A stretch of DNA of 62,754 nt, the filler included, from Circinaria calcarea (lineage: Eukaryota): assembly GCA_051942165.1 (NCBI GenBank). It is 18 parts of 18 records of this genome, joined end to end, with 100 filler letters (N's around TTAATTAATTAA, not from the genome) between each part and the next. Parts side by side here need not be neighbours in the genome. Positions count along the whole stretch, not along the records: positions 34,993 to 38,380 come from JAVECS010002861.1; positions 38,481 to 41,868 come from JAVECS010002862.1; positions 41,969 to 45,354 come from JAVECS010002863.1; positions 45,455 to 48,839 come from JAVECS010002864.1; 14 more parts are not named here. One strand, 5' to 3'. Below are positions 36,033 to 48,939 of the stretch, piece after piece. The notes under the pieces are model-generated. The model was given only the letters and a program-made list of their open reading frames with translations. It was not told the origin of the DNA and searched no databases. The position numbers and the translations under genes are program-made. The number at the start of each line of letters is the position of its first letter. Position 1 is the stretch's first letter.

Positions 36033-37058
36033 ATGCCACTTTCCTTCCTCAGCCTACCTCCCGAAATACGTGTCAAGATATACCGGATCCTTCTTCGGGA
36101 TGAGGTTGATCATAAACCCAATGTGATTGATCCCGTACCATGGCTCTATGCAAATAATTCGAGAGGCACGGAGGGGGCCTTCGATCTGCTTCCCCTCCTT
36201 CGAACATGTCAGGTCGTGAGACGTGAAGCCATCGCGATATTGTATGGCCACAGCATCTTCAGTTTCGATGATGACCTGTACAGTGACTGCATCAGTAACT
36301 GCGGCATCACCTGGATGTACACCTTCCTGAGGCTGATCGGCCCGGTAAATCGATCTTGTCTACAAGACATTCATATTCATCTTTGCGAACTGCGATATTG
36401 CTACTACACCAATGAGGTTATCCCAGGGGAGGTGGCTGAAACGAATGGTGGCAAGTACCTGGGCGACGCCTTTGAGTTGTTGTCACAAGGTCATTTTCTT
36501 CGCAGTATAGTTTTTACTTTGGATCCTAGAAGATCAGTTTCTAGTGAGAAGACATCCGCACTGGCTTCTCACCTCTTTCGTCCTATCAAGGAGTCAAAAC
36601 TCCTCCGCCAGTTACAAAAGATCAAGGGGCTTGGCTTCTTCAAGTGTCAGGAGATTAAGCCAACCACTGCGGATACGTCTACAGAGTTCTCGGAAGTCTG
36701 TATGACTGAGCAAGCAAAAGCCATATATCGACAACTTCAAACGAAGCTGACCAGACCAAAAAATCCAAAACCAAAGACTACCGCGCACAAGCTAGTCGAA
36801 ACAGAAGGCACAGATATTATCACGCATGCAGTGAAAATCTCCAATCATCGCAAGAAGCTTCAGAAGAAGATCGATGAAGCTACTGCACAGGTGCAGGAAT
36901 GGAAGACACTTCAGTCCCGGATTGAAGAAACCACACAGCAGATTCAAGAATGGGAAGAGGCGAAACTTGCGATAGATGATGGGATCAAAAGCTTTCAGCA
37001 GTTCTCAGCTACAATCACCCCTCTTGCCGAACCGGATGATAGTACCAAATCACCATGA
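36033..37058 (+). CDS. Hypothetical protein with F-box-like N-terminus and coiled-coil C-terminus
   Basis: FLSLPPEIRVKIYRILL, LLRTCQVVRREAIAILYG..FSF, FLRLIGPVN; heptad-like tail. Confidence 0.7.
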   Translation: MPLSFLSLPPEIRVKIYRILLRDEVDHKPNVIDPVPWLYANNSRGTEGAFDLLPLLRTCQVVRREAIAILYGHSIFSFDDDLYSDCISNCGITWMYTFLRLIGPVNRSCLQDIHIHLCELRYCYYTNEVIPGEVAETNGGKYLGDAFELLSQGHFLRSIVFTLDPRRSVSSEKTSALASHLFRPIKESKLLRQLQKIKGLGFFKCQEIKPTTADTSTEFSEVCMTEQAKAIYRQLQTKLTRPKNPKPKTTAHKLVETEGTDIITHAVKISNHRKKLQKKIDEATAQVQEWKTLQSRIEETTQQIQEWEEAKLAIDDGIKSFQQFSATITPLAEPDDSTKSP

Positions 37059-38482
37059 GTTATTCGAACGGAACCTTTATCGGATAAAGGGAAAGCGTGA
37101 TGAAGGATAGTTCAAGAGACATAAGTGTCGAGTATCTGCGATTTATGTTGCCAATCAATCTACTCCGAGCATCATTTCGGTATCTGTCATTGGTCCAGAG
37201 CATCAATTGTATTTGCCTCACCAAGCAAGTCCTGTATCTCTCGTCAATTCGAAAAACCCGATCAACCCAATTGACAGAAACCGCGTGCAGTAGTCTTACT
37301 CCAGGTTTCCTATACCAACCAGACGGACTTCCCACATCTTCTCAGCCTGAAGTACACAACAACCTCAACAACTTGCTCCACTCTTGCTAGCAATATGAGA
37401 TGCATTCGAAGACTGTTCCTGCCATGCAAATGTCTTTTCATTTGACATCACACCTCGGATAACGCTCAAGACTGGAAGACCGAATGCGACGCCCGAATCA
37501 AATCAAGGATGCACAAAGGGAGGATGACCTCAGTTATTCAGGTCTCACTCTGGTATTGATGCATATATGTGGGGCTTTACACGCCTGAAATCTCCCCAGT
37601 CAATACGAGTTGGGTTTTCCGGGTGAAGAGGTACCGGATAGGATCTTTTGGCTCTGCATTTCTTTCTTCGAAGTCACACCTGCTCCTTTGGCATCTGGAT
37701 ACCTCCCCTATCTTGTAATATATCAAAACACAATAAAGTAAGACTACATTTATCCACCCATCCCTTCCCGGAACCCCTCTTTCTATTCCGTGCTTTCTAC
37801 TTGTAGAATCCCTAAACCTGAGGGTTGTTGGAAGTCATAGGGCTTACCGAAGCATGTATTGCACAGGAGGCCCATGCTCAACACTTCCTACACACATCAT
37901 CAAAGCACTTTTCTCTCCGTAGATAGCTTAAAAAAGATACATACTCAGATAGCATGAATGCCACCACACATTACTGCATGCTCAACAAGGGTACCTAACG
38001 GCCCCCAAAAAGCCCGGTCTGTAAGACCTCAATCATCTTCCCTCGCTCGCCTTGCCATCTGAAATGAAACAAGTCCAAACCCCAATAGAGATCCTCACAT
38101 CCCCCGCTAATCTAATCTAAATCTAAATCTTAATCTAATTGACACGTCGAAAAGCCACACACCGCAGCGATTATTTTACCCCGCCCCCCTTCTCCAGGCG
38201 CTATCGCTCCCCCACACACCTATTCATTCTCTCCCTTTCCCGCTCCCTTTCCATTTCCCTTTCCATTTTCCCGCGACGAAAAAAAAAAAAAGAAAGAGAA
38301 AACCCATACCCCCAAAATCTTAAACCGCGATAAAAAAAGAATCTGAACTCGTTTTCTATTTTATTTTATTTATTTATTTANNNNNNNNNNNNNNNNNNNN
38401 NNNNNNNNNNNNNNNNNNNNNNNNTTAATTAATTAANNNNNNNNNNNNNNNNNNNNNNNNNNNNNNNNNNNNNNNNNNNNAA

Positions 38483-39418
38483 GCTCAACGGCCAAGCCTC
38501 GGACCTAAATTCAGGAAACTGGGTGTCAAGCAGGAACAATCTAGGATTGAAAGGGATGAGCGTGGGAGAGAAGTTCTGGTCACAGTGGATGAGGAAGGTC
38601 GGGTAAAACGGAAGGTCAAGAGAGCCTCCAAGGTCGAGGGAGAGGTCGCAACGGTGAATGGCTTGCTGATGCCGGACAAGGACATGAAGCCACTCGGAAT
38701 GGAGGTCCCAGAGAATCTAAAGGCCCCCCTACCACCAGCAGACGATTATATGGATATCTTCGAAGACGTCGGCAATGATTACAATCCTTTGGCTGGAATT
38801 GAAGATGATGAGGATGATTCCGATCAAGATAGCACTGTAGCAGACACAGCTGTTGGAGACGCCACGCCAGCCACAGCGTCAACTACGAGCGCTTCTAGGT
38901 CGACGGAAACTGCTAAACAAGTGCAAAACCTGCCATCTACCATGCCTCCACCACCCATACCTAACAAGTCATTAGAAGTGGCGCGTAACTATTTTGGTGA
39001 CCCTCCTCCTACACAAGTAGAAGATCCGACTACGAAATCCAACCCCCTCACCGATCCTGCGATCCTGGCCGCCCTCAAAAAAGCGTCGGCTATTACTCCC
39101 ATCTCCTTGTCGTCCGATTCAAGCAACGACGAAGAAGCAGCGAAGCTGGCCCGACGCAAGAAGATGCTTGACTCTCACGACCGAGATGCTGAAGACATGG
39201 ACATGGGCTTTGGCAGCAGTCGGTTCGAAGACCAAGAAGAAGGGGAAGATAGGCAGGTCAAGCTGTCTGTCTGGGGTAGGGAGACTGGAGATGATGGTGA
39301 GAAGGAGGACGGGAAGGGCAAGAGAAAGAGGGGCCCGAAGAAGAGGAAGGGCGATGCGAACAGTGCTGCAGATGTGTTGAAGGTCATGAAGAGGAGGAAA
39401 GAAGAGGCGACGTCGTGA
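38483..39418 (+). CDS. RED/IK-like nuclear protein, C-terminal part (5' partial)
   Basis: RPSLGPKFRKLG..IERDERGREVLVTVDEEGRVKRKVKR, DIFEDVGNDYNPL, DRDAEDMDMGFGSSRF, KRKRGPKKRKGDANSAADVLKVM. Confidence 0.7.
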   Translation, partial: AQRPSLGPKFRKLGVKQEQSRIERDERGREVLVTVDEEGRVKRKVKRASKVEGEVATVNGLLMPDKDMKPLGMEVPENLKAPLPPADDYMDIFEDVGNDYNPLAGIEDDEDDSDQDSTVADTAVGDATPATASTTSASRSTETAKQVQNLPSTMPPPPIPNKSLEVARNYFGDPPPTQVEDPTTKSNPLTDPAILAALKKASAITPISLSSDSSNDEEAAKLARRKKMLDSHDRDAEDMDMGFGSSRFEDQEEGEDRQVKLSVWGRETGDDGEKEDGKGKRKRGPKKRKGDANSAADVLKVMKRRKEEATS

Positions 39419-41335
39419 GGGTGAATCCTAGGAAGCTTGAGTTTTCTGTGCAGAGCAGCCGAGGCGGTTAACTAAGCTGTGATCTGAGCACGAATCTACT
39501 GCATGAACACGTCGTTTGCTAGTGCACCGTTTCGACCTGTGCGTGTTCAGATGAGTGCATTGACAGCGTTATTATCACAACGGCAAGCATGCGTTCGGAG
39601 GCTGCTGACCTGTCATCTATGCGCGCGATTGATGCCCTTCTGGCTCTGCTAATGTGATCGAACAACCCGGTAGGAAGGTGCAGTAGGAGTCACACGATCT
39701 AGACCACTGGGGCAAAACGTACTTGTCAATCCCATAAGCCATTTATTGGCGCAGGAATGGAGTGATGAGAGGGGGTGGGATGGGAGACGACTTAATGCGC
39801 TCCGCCCGCCGGCTAGGCTTGTCTCGGCCTTGGATCCTTCAGGCACTAATTGTTTGAGAGATCCGATCGGGATGGATGCACACCACTGAGCATTTGGCGC
39901 AGGATGGTCAAAGCAGACACATGTCCCGGTCCGGAGTCCGAACCCCCTATTGACATGACAGCCCTTGAGTTCTGGACTGATGCTGAAGCTGGTAACCGGT
40001 CATGAACGAAACTGACCTTGTAGCCTTCCTTGTACGACTCTCTAAATGATTCTCAGACCGGATGGCTTGCTTGCATACTCTGCAGAGACAAAGCCAGCAA
40101 GCACGCGCCCCGTGTTATATGGTGGATCATGGAAATTACGGTGTAGCGGTTCCTCCGGAGAGCGAAACCCGGCGGGAGAGGAGGGCAGGGAAATAACAAT
40201 GGGCAATAATATTTACCAGAGGTACCTTAGCCACCGTTAGGCCTACCCAACAACCCACACGGTGCGTCGTAATCCGACCAGGTAGTTAGATTACCAGATC
40301 AACATGATTAGCTCTGATCTAGCGCCAGGGGCGGGGAGGAGGAAACCGAGTGGCGGTCCCAAGGCCTTGTCTCCTGGGGCGCCCTGAACCACGTTTCCGC
40401 AACTGTCCCTTCACGGGCGAGTCCACTTGCGGCTTTCCACTTACCGAAGTCGACTGCTGATTGGCTCAACCCTTCGACGTCCCTGGCACTAGCCGTCAGA
40501 TCGAGACTATATTCTGCAGACACCTTTCTTTCTACATCGATGTGTGGGGCCAAGGCGCTGATTAAGTGCGATAAGAGATTTCCAACCGAGGGACCCCAAC
40601 CTTGAAACAACGTCGACGGCGTCGGCATGGATCACCGACGACGGCAGAAAGGATCCCTCCTCCTGCCACCACTCCCCTACATCCATCGACATGTCTCCTG
40701 ATTCGCACTGCATTTTGGTGGCTTTGCGTGGTGGGTGTGTCAGTAATCTCGGCGAGGATCGAATGTGAGATGACTGTGTCCACCAATGTGTTTGTTTGCC
40801 CGTATTGCCATTGGTCCGCCCCCATGCAGACACTTCGCTATGATCTTGACACAGGTCTGTCAGTGTCAGCATGGATGGGGGTTGGGATATCTGGGAAATT
40901 GCGATGGCATGGCCCCCCCCGCTCCCTGGAGAATGGTAATTCCTATCGATAGGCCTCCAGGCCTGAAACAACATCCATTAACCATCAATCATCGGACAGA
41001 CCAACGACGGGCACTAGGGCTGCCACCCATCAAGGCTTCCTGGGAGGATGCTGACCTGTCCTGGATCTCCTATATATCCTCAGCCCGTCCAATAATGTTT
41101 ATTTTCCTTTTCCCTTCACCATCGCTCTCCACCCTTCGTCCCTGTCGTCTTTGCCATTGCCTTCGTGCAAGCAGTCGTTCGTTTGAGCATTCGCTCATTG
41201 CATTCTTTCGGTCTATCTTTGACCCCTCTCACTCTTTTTCGAGTAGACGACAAGAAGCCCTGGTAGGCTCAGTATATAACCTCAACCATCTTTCCCAACC
41301 CTCTGCTTCGGATTATACCTGTATCAGTCGCAAAC

Positions 41336-41868
41336 ATGACCAAAATTCAAAGCACCCTCCTCGTGCTTCTCCTGGCTTCCACTGCCCTAGCAGCTCCCAA
41401 GCAGCATCATCGCCACCATCGACCCACCGGAACTGGACGCGGGAAGCCGTCAAAGAGCATCTCTGGACCATATGGCTATGGCAACAGCACAACTGTAGGG
41501 CCCACTGGCACAGGTACCGGAGCTGTTGGCCCTACTGCATACTCCACCATCGTTGTCAGCCCAGTATTGGTCAGCTCAAGCGAAGCAGAAGAACTCACAT
41601 CAGAGATATGTGATACACCTACTCTTACAGTAACTTCGTCAAATACCGTCACGGTCACCATTGATGAGGAATCCAGCACTGCAGCAGCAACGGCTCTTAC
41701 CTCAGGTCCAGTCGAGTCCGTTGCTCCCAGTGTATACTCTACCTCTGTAGGATACGGAAACGATACATCTTCGGCAGGACCTGTCGGCCCCACCGGAATC
41801 TACTCCACTGCGTACCCTACTGGTACCGGAGCTGTGTCATCCGTCAGCTACCCATACAAGCGTGTTTC
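41336..41868 (+). CDS. Secreted Ser/Thr-rich protein, N-terminal part (3' truncated)
   Basis: Signal peptide MTKIQSTLLVLLLASTALA; repeated YGN(S/D)T and GPTG motifs; ORF open to the linker. Confidence 0.75.
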
Positions 41869-44125
41869 NNNNNNNNNNNNNNNNNNNNNNNNNNNNNNNN
41901 NNNNNNNNNNNNTTAATTAATTAANNNNNNNNNNNNNNNNNNNNNNNNNNNNNNNNNNNNNNNNNNNNTCGTATCCTAGGGAATAATCAGGTCTTCCCAA
42001 TTCGCTCATGCATTTAAGAGTAGGAAACCGGCCGGAGTCCGATGTGAAATCCGGGCTGCCAGAGATGCTTGAACCATCGCCAAAACAAAGCACGTCAAAC
42101 CGGGGAAACAATCCGGTTACGGTTGAGTTCTCGCACTCTATTGGCTGATATGTCAGAGGAGCAGAATGAATGTCAGCATTGGTGGTTGAATATCTCATCC
42201 GTGGAAAACCCTGCAGGAACTGAACGTGGCCTTGGATATTCGCAGAATCAATCGTTCCGACTGTCTCTTCTGATATTAAAGTATCGAACTCTGCAGGAAT
42301 ACTTCCAACCGCTTGCTCTGATGACAAAGCCGCACCGTTCTCGGATGGAGGGATATTCGCAGAGGTAATAGTGAGATTTGAAGGAGTATAATCGGTCTAT
42401 TTATTTTCAGTAAATATGACTAATGGAGGTGCTTCCATCACATACCGTTGCAAGGTAGTTCAGTAGGGTATCTGTGGAATGATCACGGTAGACGTCTTTC
42501 ATACAACATCTGTGAACCGGTTGAGATCCAGTATATCTTTCCAGAGTAATCCGACATCTACCATACCGATCTCTTTGGACTGACAGAGCTCTAGGAGTAA
42601 TTGACATCCCTCCGTTAACTGATCTATATATATTTGAAACGATAGTAAGTACCCCTACACCTAGAACAGACAGGAGGGTTGATATCAAGGTATTACCTTG
42701 CGGCTCCAACGGATTTCGATGTTATCTCCCTGTCGCAAACCTCCGATGTGACGAATGAAGCTCTTGCCTCCTAGTAAAGGCGGTAGAAGGGTATGCTGCA
42801 GGAGTTTGAGCAAGGATATTCGGGCAACGTTACGGCAAGCGACGTGTCTAAATCCAAGGCGGTGAGCAATGCTCTGAGGGTAGGAAAAGTGTGAATTCCA
42901 CAGAATCAAAGAGAATAGGAGAGATTTCCTTTCATCAAAGTCGATAACTTTAGCCAGCATGAGCCGGTCCTTTCCGATTCAAACTAAAAAATGTGTACAA
43001 CGAGGTAGTCATCATTGTTTATTAGGTGTATGTCTCATGTCTCCCAACAGATTGATTCCTCGCAGGTCGATCAACCGCCAGAAACACCAGAATGCTTCTA
43101 GTTCGTCGGTAACTCCACGAGCACAATCCAGGCACGTTCTTGGGATACCGGGGATCCTTTATTGGATGGTGAGGGTTAAAATCAATGGCGAAGTTTGATA
43201 ATTGTGAAAGGCTATTCATTGGACGGAACTGCGAGTAGTGATGGACACTCCTGACCCCGTCCACTGCAACGTAAGCCAGCCTTGGTGTAAACTACTAGCT
43301 ACCTAATCCTAGGGTCTCGGGAAAATGAGACATGTCCTAGTTATGGATTGTCAATGTGCAGAGACTATTACTGCTTATTGTTAATAGGTCTGGAAGGGAA
43401 AGAGCCTTGGATCGACAAAAAGTCGTGAAAAGTAGTAGGATAGACGGACAAAAGAAGATATGTGTTCTAGATAACATATGGTAACATAATCCGCTGGATT
43501 ACAAGGCACCCAGAGATATTAATGTATGCGGTATACTCATATATGTTTACTATGTGGCTCTAGCAGCATAGAGGCTTTGACGTATTCGCAGCCCCGTCGA
43601 GCGGTAGGCCGCAGCGGATGTACTCTTTGGACTCGGCGATATATGCCCGCACCCGTATAACCGAAGAACAAACAACGAGAGTACACATTCATATCTGAAT
43701 CACATGCACATGAAACTTCTGCCAGGCAAAAGGTAGGGCCAATAACAACAAAACCAGAGAATAAGATGCACACAGATCCATTAGCGCCTCCAGCACAAAC
43801 GCTGAACGGATGCATGATAGATGAAGGCTTGGATGACAGCTGCTCAGATAGAACGCAACAGAAGCAATACAGTTCCGAAGGGGTTTCCGCTGCGCTCATG
43901 AGGTCTTCGTGATATCGAGGTTCAGGGACACCGGGATAGCACGCGCCGAGGTCGGCCCGAGTTGGCCACTATCGCAATATTTCGTACTTCTACCAAGTCA
44001 CACCGTGGTAGGAAACCAAAGTGCAAGCTGGACTTAGCATTATCCAGTTGGTGGAAGCTGCTATTGTCATCTATTTGAGGCTTCTGTTCAGACCTAGTGA
44101 ATTCAGGCTTTGTGTCATTTCCGGG

Positions 44126-44842
44126 ATGCTACAGAAAACGATATCTCCGCAGCTGATCGACGTCACTCCGTTGACACAATCTGAGTTTGGATTGTTTGGA
44201 CATGTTGTGGAGAATCCAGCAACCTCCCATTCCACCAGGACCTCCTGGGATGGTACAAGGTCGCACCTACAACCCATTCTAGTAAATCAAGGCACGGCGT
44301 TAAAATATTCAGATATATCAACAATGGAGGATCTGTACAAATACGCGCCGCATCAGAAAGAGTCCAGGTCTACCATAAGCATGTTTGTTTGCTCACCTCG
44401 GCCAGTGGTACCAGCCAACAATCAGGATGAACCGTCATTTCGAAGTTCGGACAATTTACAGGGTTTCCTTGACCTTCCCATGATGGAGCGTCATCCATAC
44501 ACAACACAGACCTTTGTCCCCTTGGGCCTCGATCCGAGTGATACAAGTACCGCGTACCTTGTCGTGGTAGCTCCTACAATTCCGGCTTCCGCCAAAGACG
44601 CTGGTCTTCCTGATCTCCCTAATATCCGAGCGTTCATGGCTCGAGGTTCCCAAGCAGTGACTTATGGTCCTGGGGTTTGGCATGCGCCGATGATAGTTGT
44701 TGGTGGGAGGGCTGTGGAGTTTGTGGTGGTGCAGTATGTCAACGGAGTTTCGAATGACGATTGCAACGAAGTCAGATTCGTTTCCACTCAGAAAATAGGC
44801 CTTCGGATAAATTTAATATCCAAACCAAAAGCATTAATATAA
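44126..44842 (+). CDS. Ureidoglycolate lyase (Dal3/AllA family)
   Basis: PLTQSEFGLFGHVVE, NQGTALK, MERHPYTTQTFVPLG, YLVVVA, RAFMARGSQAVTYGPGVWHAPM, NGVSNDDC. Confidence 0.92.
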   Translation: MLQKTISPQLIDVTPLTQSEFGLFGHVVENPATSHSTRTSWDGTRSHLQPILVNQGTALKYSDISTMEDLYKYAPHQKESRSTISMFVCSPRPVVPANNQDEPSFRSSDNLQGFLDLPMMERHPYTTQTFVPLGLDPSDTSTAYLVVVAPTIPASAKDAGLPDLPNIRAFMARGSQAVTYGPGVWHAPMIVVGGRAVEFVVVQYVNGVSNDDCNEVRFVSTQKIGLRINLISKPKALI

Positions 44843-44954
44843 ATTATAATTAATAATGCCAAACTTCAATAAATAAAACAAGTGTGAAGGATATAAATAT
44901 TATAGCGTCAGGGCCATATTAAGGAGAAACTAGCTCCGGGAGAAACTAGCTCCG

Positions 44955-45354
44955 TGTTATGGCGCGACGCCATACCCTGGCAGGCTGAGTGCCGGAACGG
45001 AATAACCAGGAGCCGAACGCTCCCAGGTGCTCCCAGGACTTGGCAGGGAACAGTAGAAGCACGTCACGTGCTATACTCCCGGTGGCTCCCAGGGATCCCG
45101 GGGAACGAAGGGATCACTGAGGAGCACCAGTACTATATAAACAGGCTATTTAGCGTTCTTTAGAATAGCATGCTTATAGACCGTGTTTAATATTATTTTT
45201 TAATATTAAACCTAATGTTATGGCGTGCCCGCCATGACATGCGCTAGACCGGGTCGGGAAGGACCGCGGGCCGGAGGAACCTACACCACCGAGGTGCTCA
45301 GTGTGCTCATGGTGCTCAGGGAGATGAGCAGAGTGAGCAGGGTGAGCGGGGTGC
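44955..45354 (+). mobile_element. Two abutting LTR-like sequences (44955-45215; 45216-contig end)
   Basis: Both begin TGTTATGGCG-N4/5-GCCAT; the first has GCTCCC repeats, a TATATAAA box at ~45133 and an AT-rich tail. No complete terminus or TSD is visible. Confidence 0.55.
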
Positions 45355-46184
45355 NNNNNNNNNNNNNNNNNNNNNNNNNNNNNNNNNNNNNNNNNNNNTT
45401 AATTAATTAANNNNNNNNNNNNNNNNNNNNNNNNNNNNNNNNNNNNNNNNNNNNGGGGAGGGAGAGCAAGGGAAAGGGCAAGGGGTGCCGGGGCTGGGTG
45501 GAGCCTGCCGACGATCGAGGAGAGGAGGGAGCCGATTATTATCCGGAGTCCGGACGAGGGGGAGGAACACAAGACGGATTACGATCAGATGACGCCGGAA
45601 GGAGCGGCGGTGGAGAGGGCGGTGGAGGAGGAGAGAAGGAGGGGGTGGGCGATATTGCAGAGAGGGGAACGAGTAGCGGCGGCGAGGAATTTGCCTGTGG
45701 ATCTGGCGGTGTGTTGGTTTGGGTAGGTTGAATGGGTGTGTCTTGGGTGGTCCTGGATAGTTGCCGGAAGCGTTTGGTGTACAAAGGTACAGGTGTTTGG
45801 GTCTTGGGTATTGATTTCATTGGGTTGTTCGAGATGATGCGATGACGGGATAGCGGTATTCTCCTAGGGCAATGATGGGCGTCGGCTGGACCGCATTGAA
45901 TCGAGCTGGACTTACAAATAGATTTGGATTAAGCATTTCAGTGATTAGTACATTAGTATCGGGTGGGCTAGCATCGAGTGGGCAAGTATCTGAGATAACC
46001 TTGTCTTTGCATGCAGGCTTGATATAGACGTCTGTAAATAAATATTTGAGAAATCTACTTGGCAAGTAATCAAAACAAGATGGGTATTGAAGACAGCCGC
46101 ACACATGTGTCTACGCACATGTATGGTGCAGTGACTTGAGAAAAAAGAAAACGCCAGCACCACCTACATGCATCCCAGCAAACT

Positions 46185-48086
46185 CTAATGTACATGACCA
46201 CATTCAAGACTGCGTTTGAAGTTGCCCTGGTAATGATCGAGTTCGTCGACTCTCCTACCCTGGGGAAGCGGTCTGCCCAACCAGCTTTGTCTCGAACCGT
46301 CTGCTGCAACAGTATCAAAGGACGAGCCTTTCTCCTTGAGCTCCTTTGTGACAGACTCTAAATCGAGTTCTAGATAGTCACAGAGGAAATTGCCGACTTC
46401 TGTATTTTCGTGATTACCGATGAGCGCTGGGGCGTCTTGGGGTGATGAGGCGTATATGTTGACATCCACGGCTATGTTTTACGTTAATACAGCAACAAGA
46501 CTCAGGACAACAATGAGAACCCCATACCCGAGTGTCCATGGGTGGTCCATCCCGACTGAGCTCGCCGACTTATAATGTCGGCGAACGTATAAGAAGCCGG
46601 CCAGGGATCCGAACGATCAATCAGGGCATTGATTTCATCATCCGTCACATCCTGGATGCCAAGACCCTTCTCAATCAACTCATGTCTAATGAAAGACCTG
46701 AGCTCGTCATTCGTAGAGGATTTTTTGGCAAGGTGATTTTGCAACTGGTAAGCCAGATGCTCGGCAGAGTGTGTAGCATTGGCAAGTCGATCTGGATACC
46801 ACAGATACTCAGGGTAGGTAACATGGAGCTCTAACTAGTGTCAGCTGATTTTTTTGGCGTTCAGTAGGATATAACTCACGTCTTGCGGTAGCCAATCCTC
46901 CAGTCTCATGATCACTAGTGCCAACTACCACTCCCTGAACTTCGTCCCTGTCTAGAAAATCCAGCACAGCCGTAAATGCCTTGTCATAGCTCATGACCTC
47001 ATGTACTTGTGCAGCTGGATCATTGCCATGTCCAGCATGATCGATCCTGCTACCTTCGATCATCAAGAAAAATCCTTGTTCGCTGTCCCTCGTAGCTTCG
47101 CTCAGGGCTCTTAATGCGGTCTTTGCCATCTCTTCGAGGGAGGGATAGACGTCGTCAACAAACCTTCGGTCGATCTCATAAGGTATATCGGTACTGGCAA
47201 CCAGCCCTAGTAATGGTAGCTTCACTGCGCCTCCAAAGTTCAGGCCATCGAAGCCCGTCCTGTCATCGACATAGCTGTAGCCATTGTCCTTTGCCATTTT
47301 GATCACGTCCATGTCATCTTTCCGGCAAGACCCCGCCGTCGTGTTCGGTAGAAAATGGCACCGCCCTCCTCCAAGCATGAGGTCCACCACGTGGCCGAGA
47401 GGATGATCGCCGACCATTTGCCGTGCGATGATGTCTTCCTCCTCTCTCACATTCACGTGGGCGGCAAAGCAAGCTGGCGTGGCGTCTGTGATCCTTGTGG
47501 TAACCACTAATCCTGTCATGTAGCCTGCTTTCTTTGCAGCTTCCATGACCGTACCACAGGCAGTATGATCGGGCAGTACCGAGATGGCTCCATTGTAACT
47601 CTTCTGGCCGCAAGAAAATGCAGTGGCACCCGCTGCTGAATCCGTAATCAAGCTTGATGTGCTCCTTGTTCTTGACGAGCCGATCAAGTGCTGATCGAGT
47701 ACGAGAATATCGTCCATTGGTAGCCCGCCTTGAAATTGTCGGAAGCTCCTTGTTAACGAGAGACTGGTCGGACCCATGCCATCTGAGACCATGAAAATCA
47801 AGTTCCTCTTCCCACTTGGCTTCTGACCTTTCAGACTCCCCGGTGTGTGATTGTGGGAGCTTTGCTCATGCTGGTATACGGCCGCAAGGATAATAATAAC
47901 GGCGGTTGCAACGAGAGCCCACACGAATATACCGACTTCCCTCCAGAAAGCCCATCCGTGTTTACCACCCGTCTGGGGTTTGTGCTGTCCCGTCAGAAGT
48001 GCATCTTCTTCTTCAACATTCCGCTCATCTGAGTTCTCCGAAGATGGTCGATCTCGAGTTAGGAGAGGCTCGTCACTCCGCGCCAT
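46185..48086 (-). CDS. PHO8: Vacuolar alkaline phosphatase; introns 46831-46879 and 46472-46527
   Basis: N-terminal TM anchor, NLIFMVSDGMG, catalytic TDSAAGATA, ITDATPA, EGSRIDHAGH, SDHETGG, GWTTHGHS|AVDVN. Confidence 0.95.
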
Positions 48087-48939
48087 CTGGTCAAGTTCAG
48101 ATTGATCGATTTTGCGGATAACTTCAATAGCTTCAGGCAAACATATGTGGGTTTGTCGTCACATCAGACGTGGCCTTTGGGAAGACAACCATCCAGGTAG
48201 TTTGACTTAGTGACGCGAATGTTGGTACTCCATCATATGATCATAGGGCTACGCTATGGTACGGTGGCTCAAAGGGGCTGCATGTGATAGCCTTTGTTTC
48301 ATGCGCACCTGTCTCCCAACCACCTAACTTGTGGTCCCCTCTTGCGTAGTAAAAATTCACTCCATCTTGATCGATACCGCTAACTTCATAGTCTCCATAT
48401 GAGCTCTGCATACTCGTTGAAGACTACCTTTCTACCTACCAGACTGATTTCTCAGCCGCAGCAACCGCTTCAAGCTATCACGCCGTAAACGACACGAAAA
48501 GAGGCCTCTCCTCTCTTCACCGAGCATGGAGGATAGCTCTATTTCTGCGCAATTTATCGTCTCCTTATTCACTACTATCATACCCTGACGGTAGGCATAT
48601 CAGAGTACTCTAGCAAACCCCCTCGACAGAAATCTCCTCCCCCCCGGAATCAAGTCGTCCAATGCCTCCTCGCCTGCTTACTATCACGCCCTCAACATCA
48701 ACCCGTAACATTAGCTATAAAGAAAACAAAGACAGAAAGAAAGAAACTGTCGTCACCACACCCACGCCCTTGCCCTTAGCATAACCCTTCCCTTTCAACC
48801 CCCCTTAAATCAAACGACCCACGCCCCCAAATCCCGCTANNNNNNNNNNNNNNNNNNNNNNNNNNNNNNNNNNNNNNNNNNNNTTAATTAATTAANNNNN
48901 NNNNNNNNNNNNNNNNNNNNNNNNNNNNNNNNNNNNNNN

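Noticed and set aside
38105..38380. CTAAT, CCCTTT and TTTA short repeats near a contig end
   Set aside because: Ordinary low-complexity DNA that explains the assembly break.
40308..41613. Long ORFs upstream of the Ser/Thr-rich secreted gene
   Set aside because: Non-ATG or shadow frames with random-looking composition; likely promoter and 5' UTR.
41969..43264. Chain of minus-strand ORFs
   Set aside because: May be exons of an orphan or pseudogene, but I could not build a consistent splice model or find a motif.
48392..48590. 66-codon open frame between an acceptor and a donor, divergent from PHO8
   Set aside because: No start, continuation or family similarity identified.
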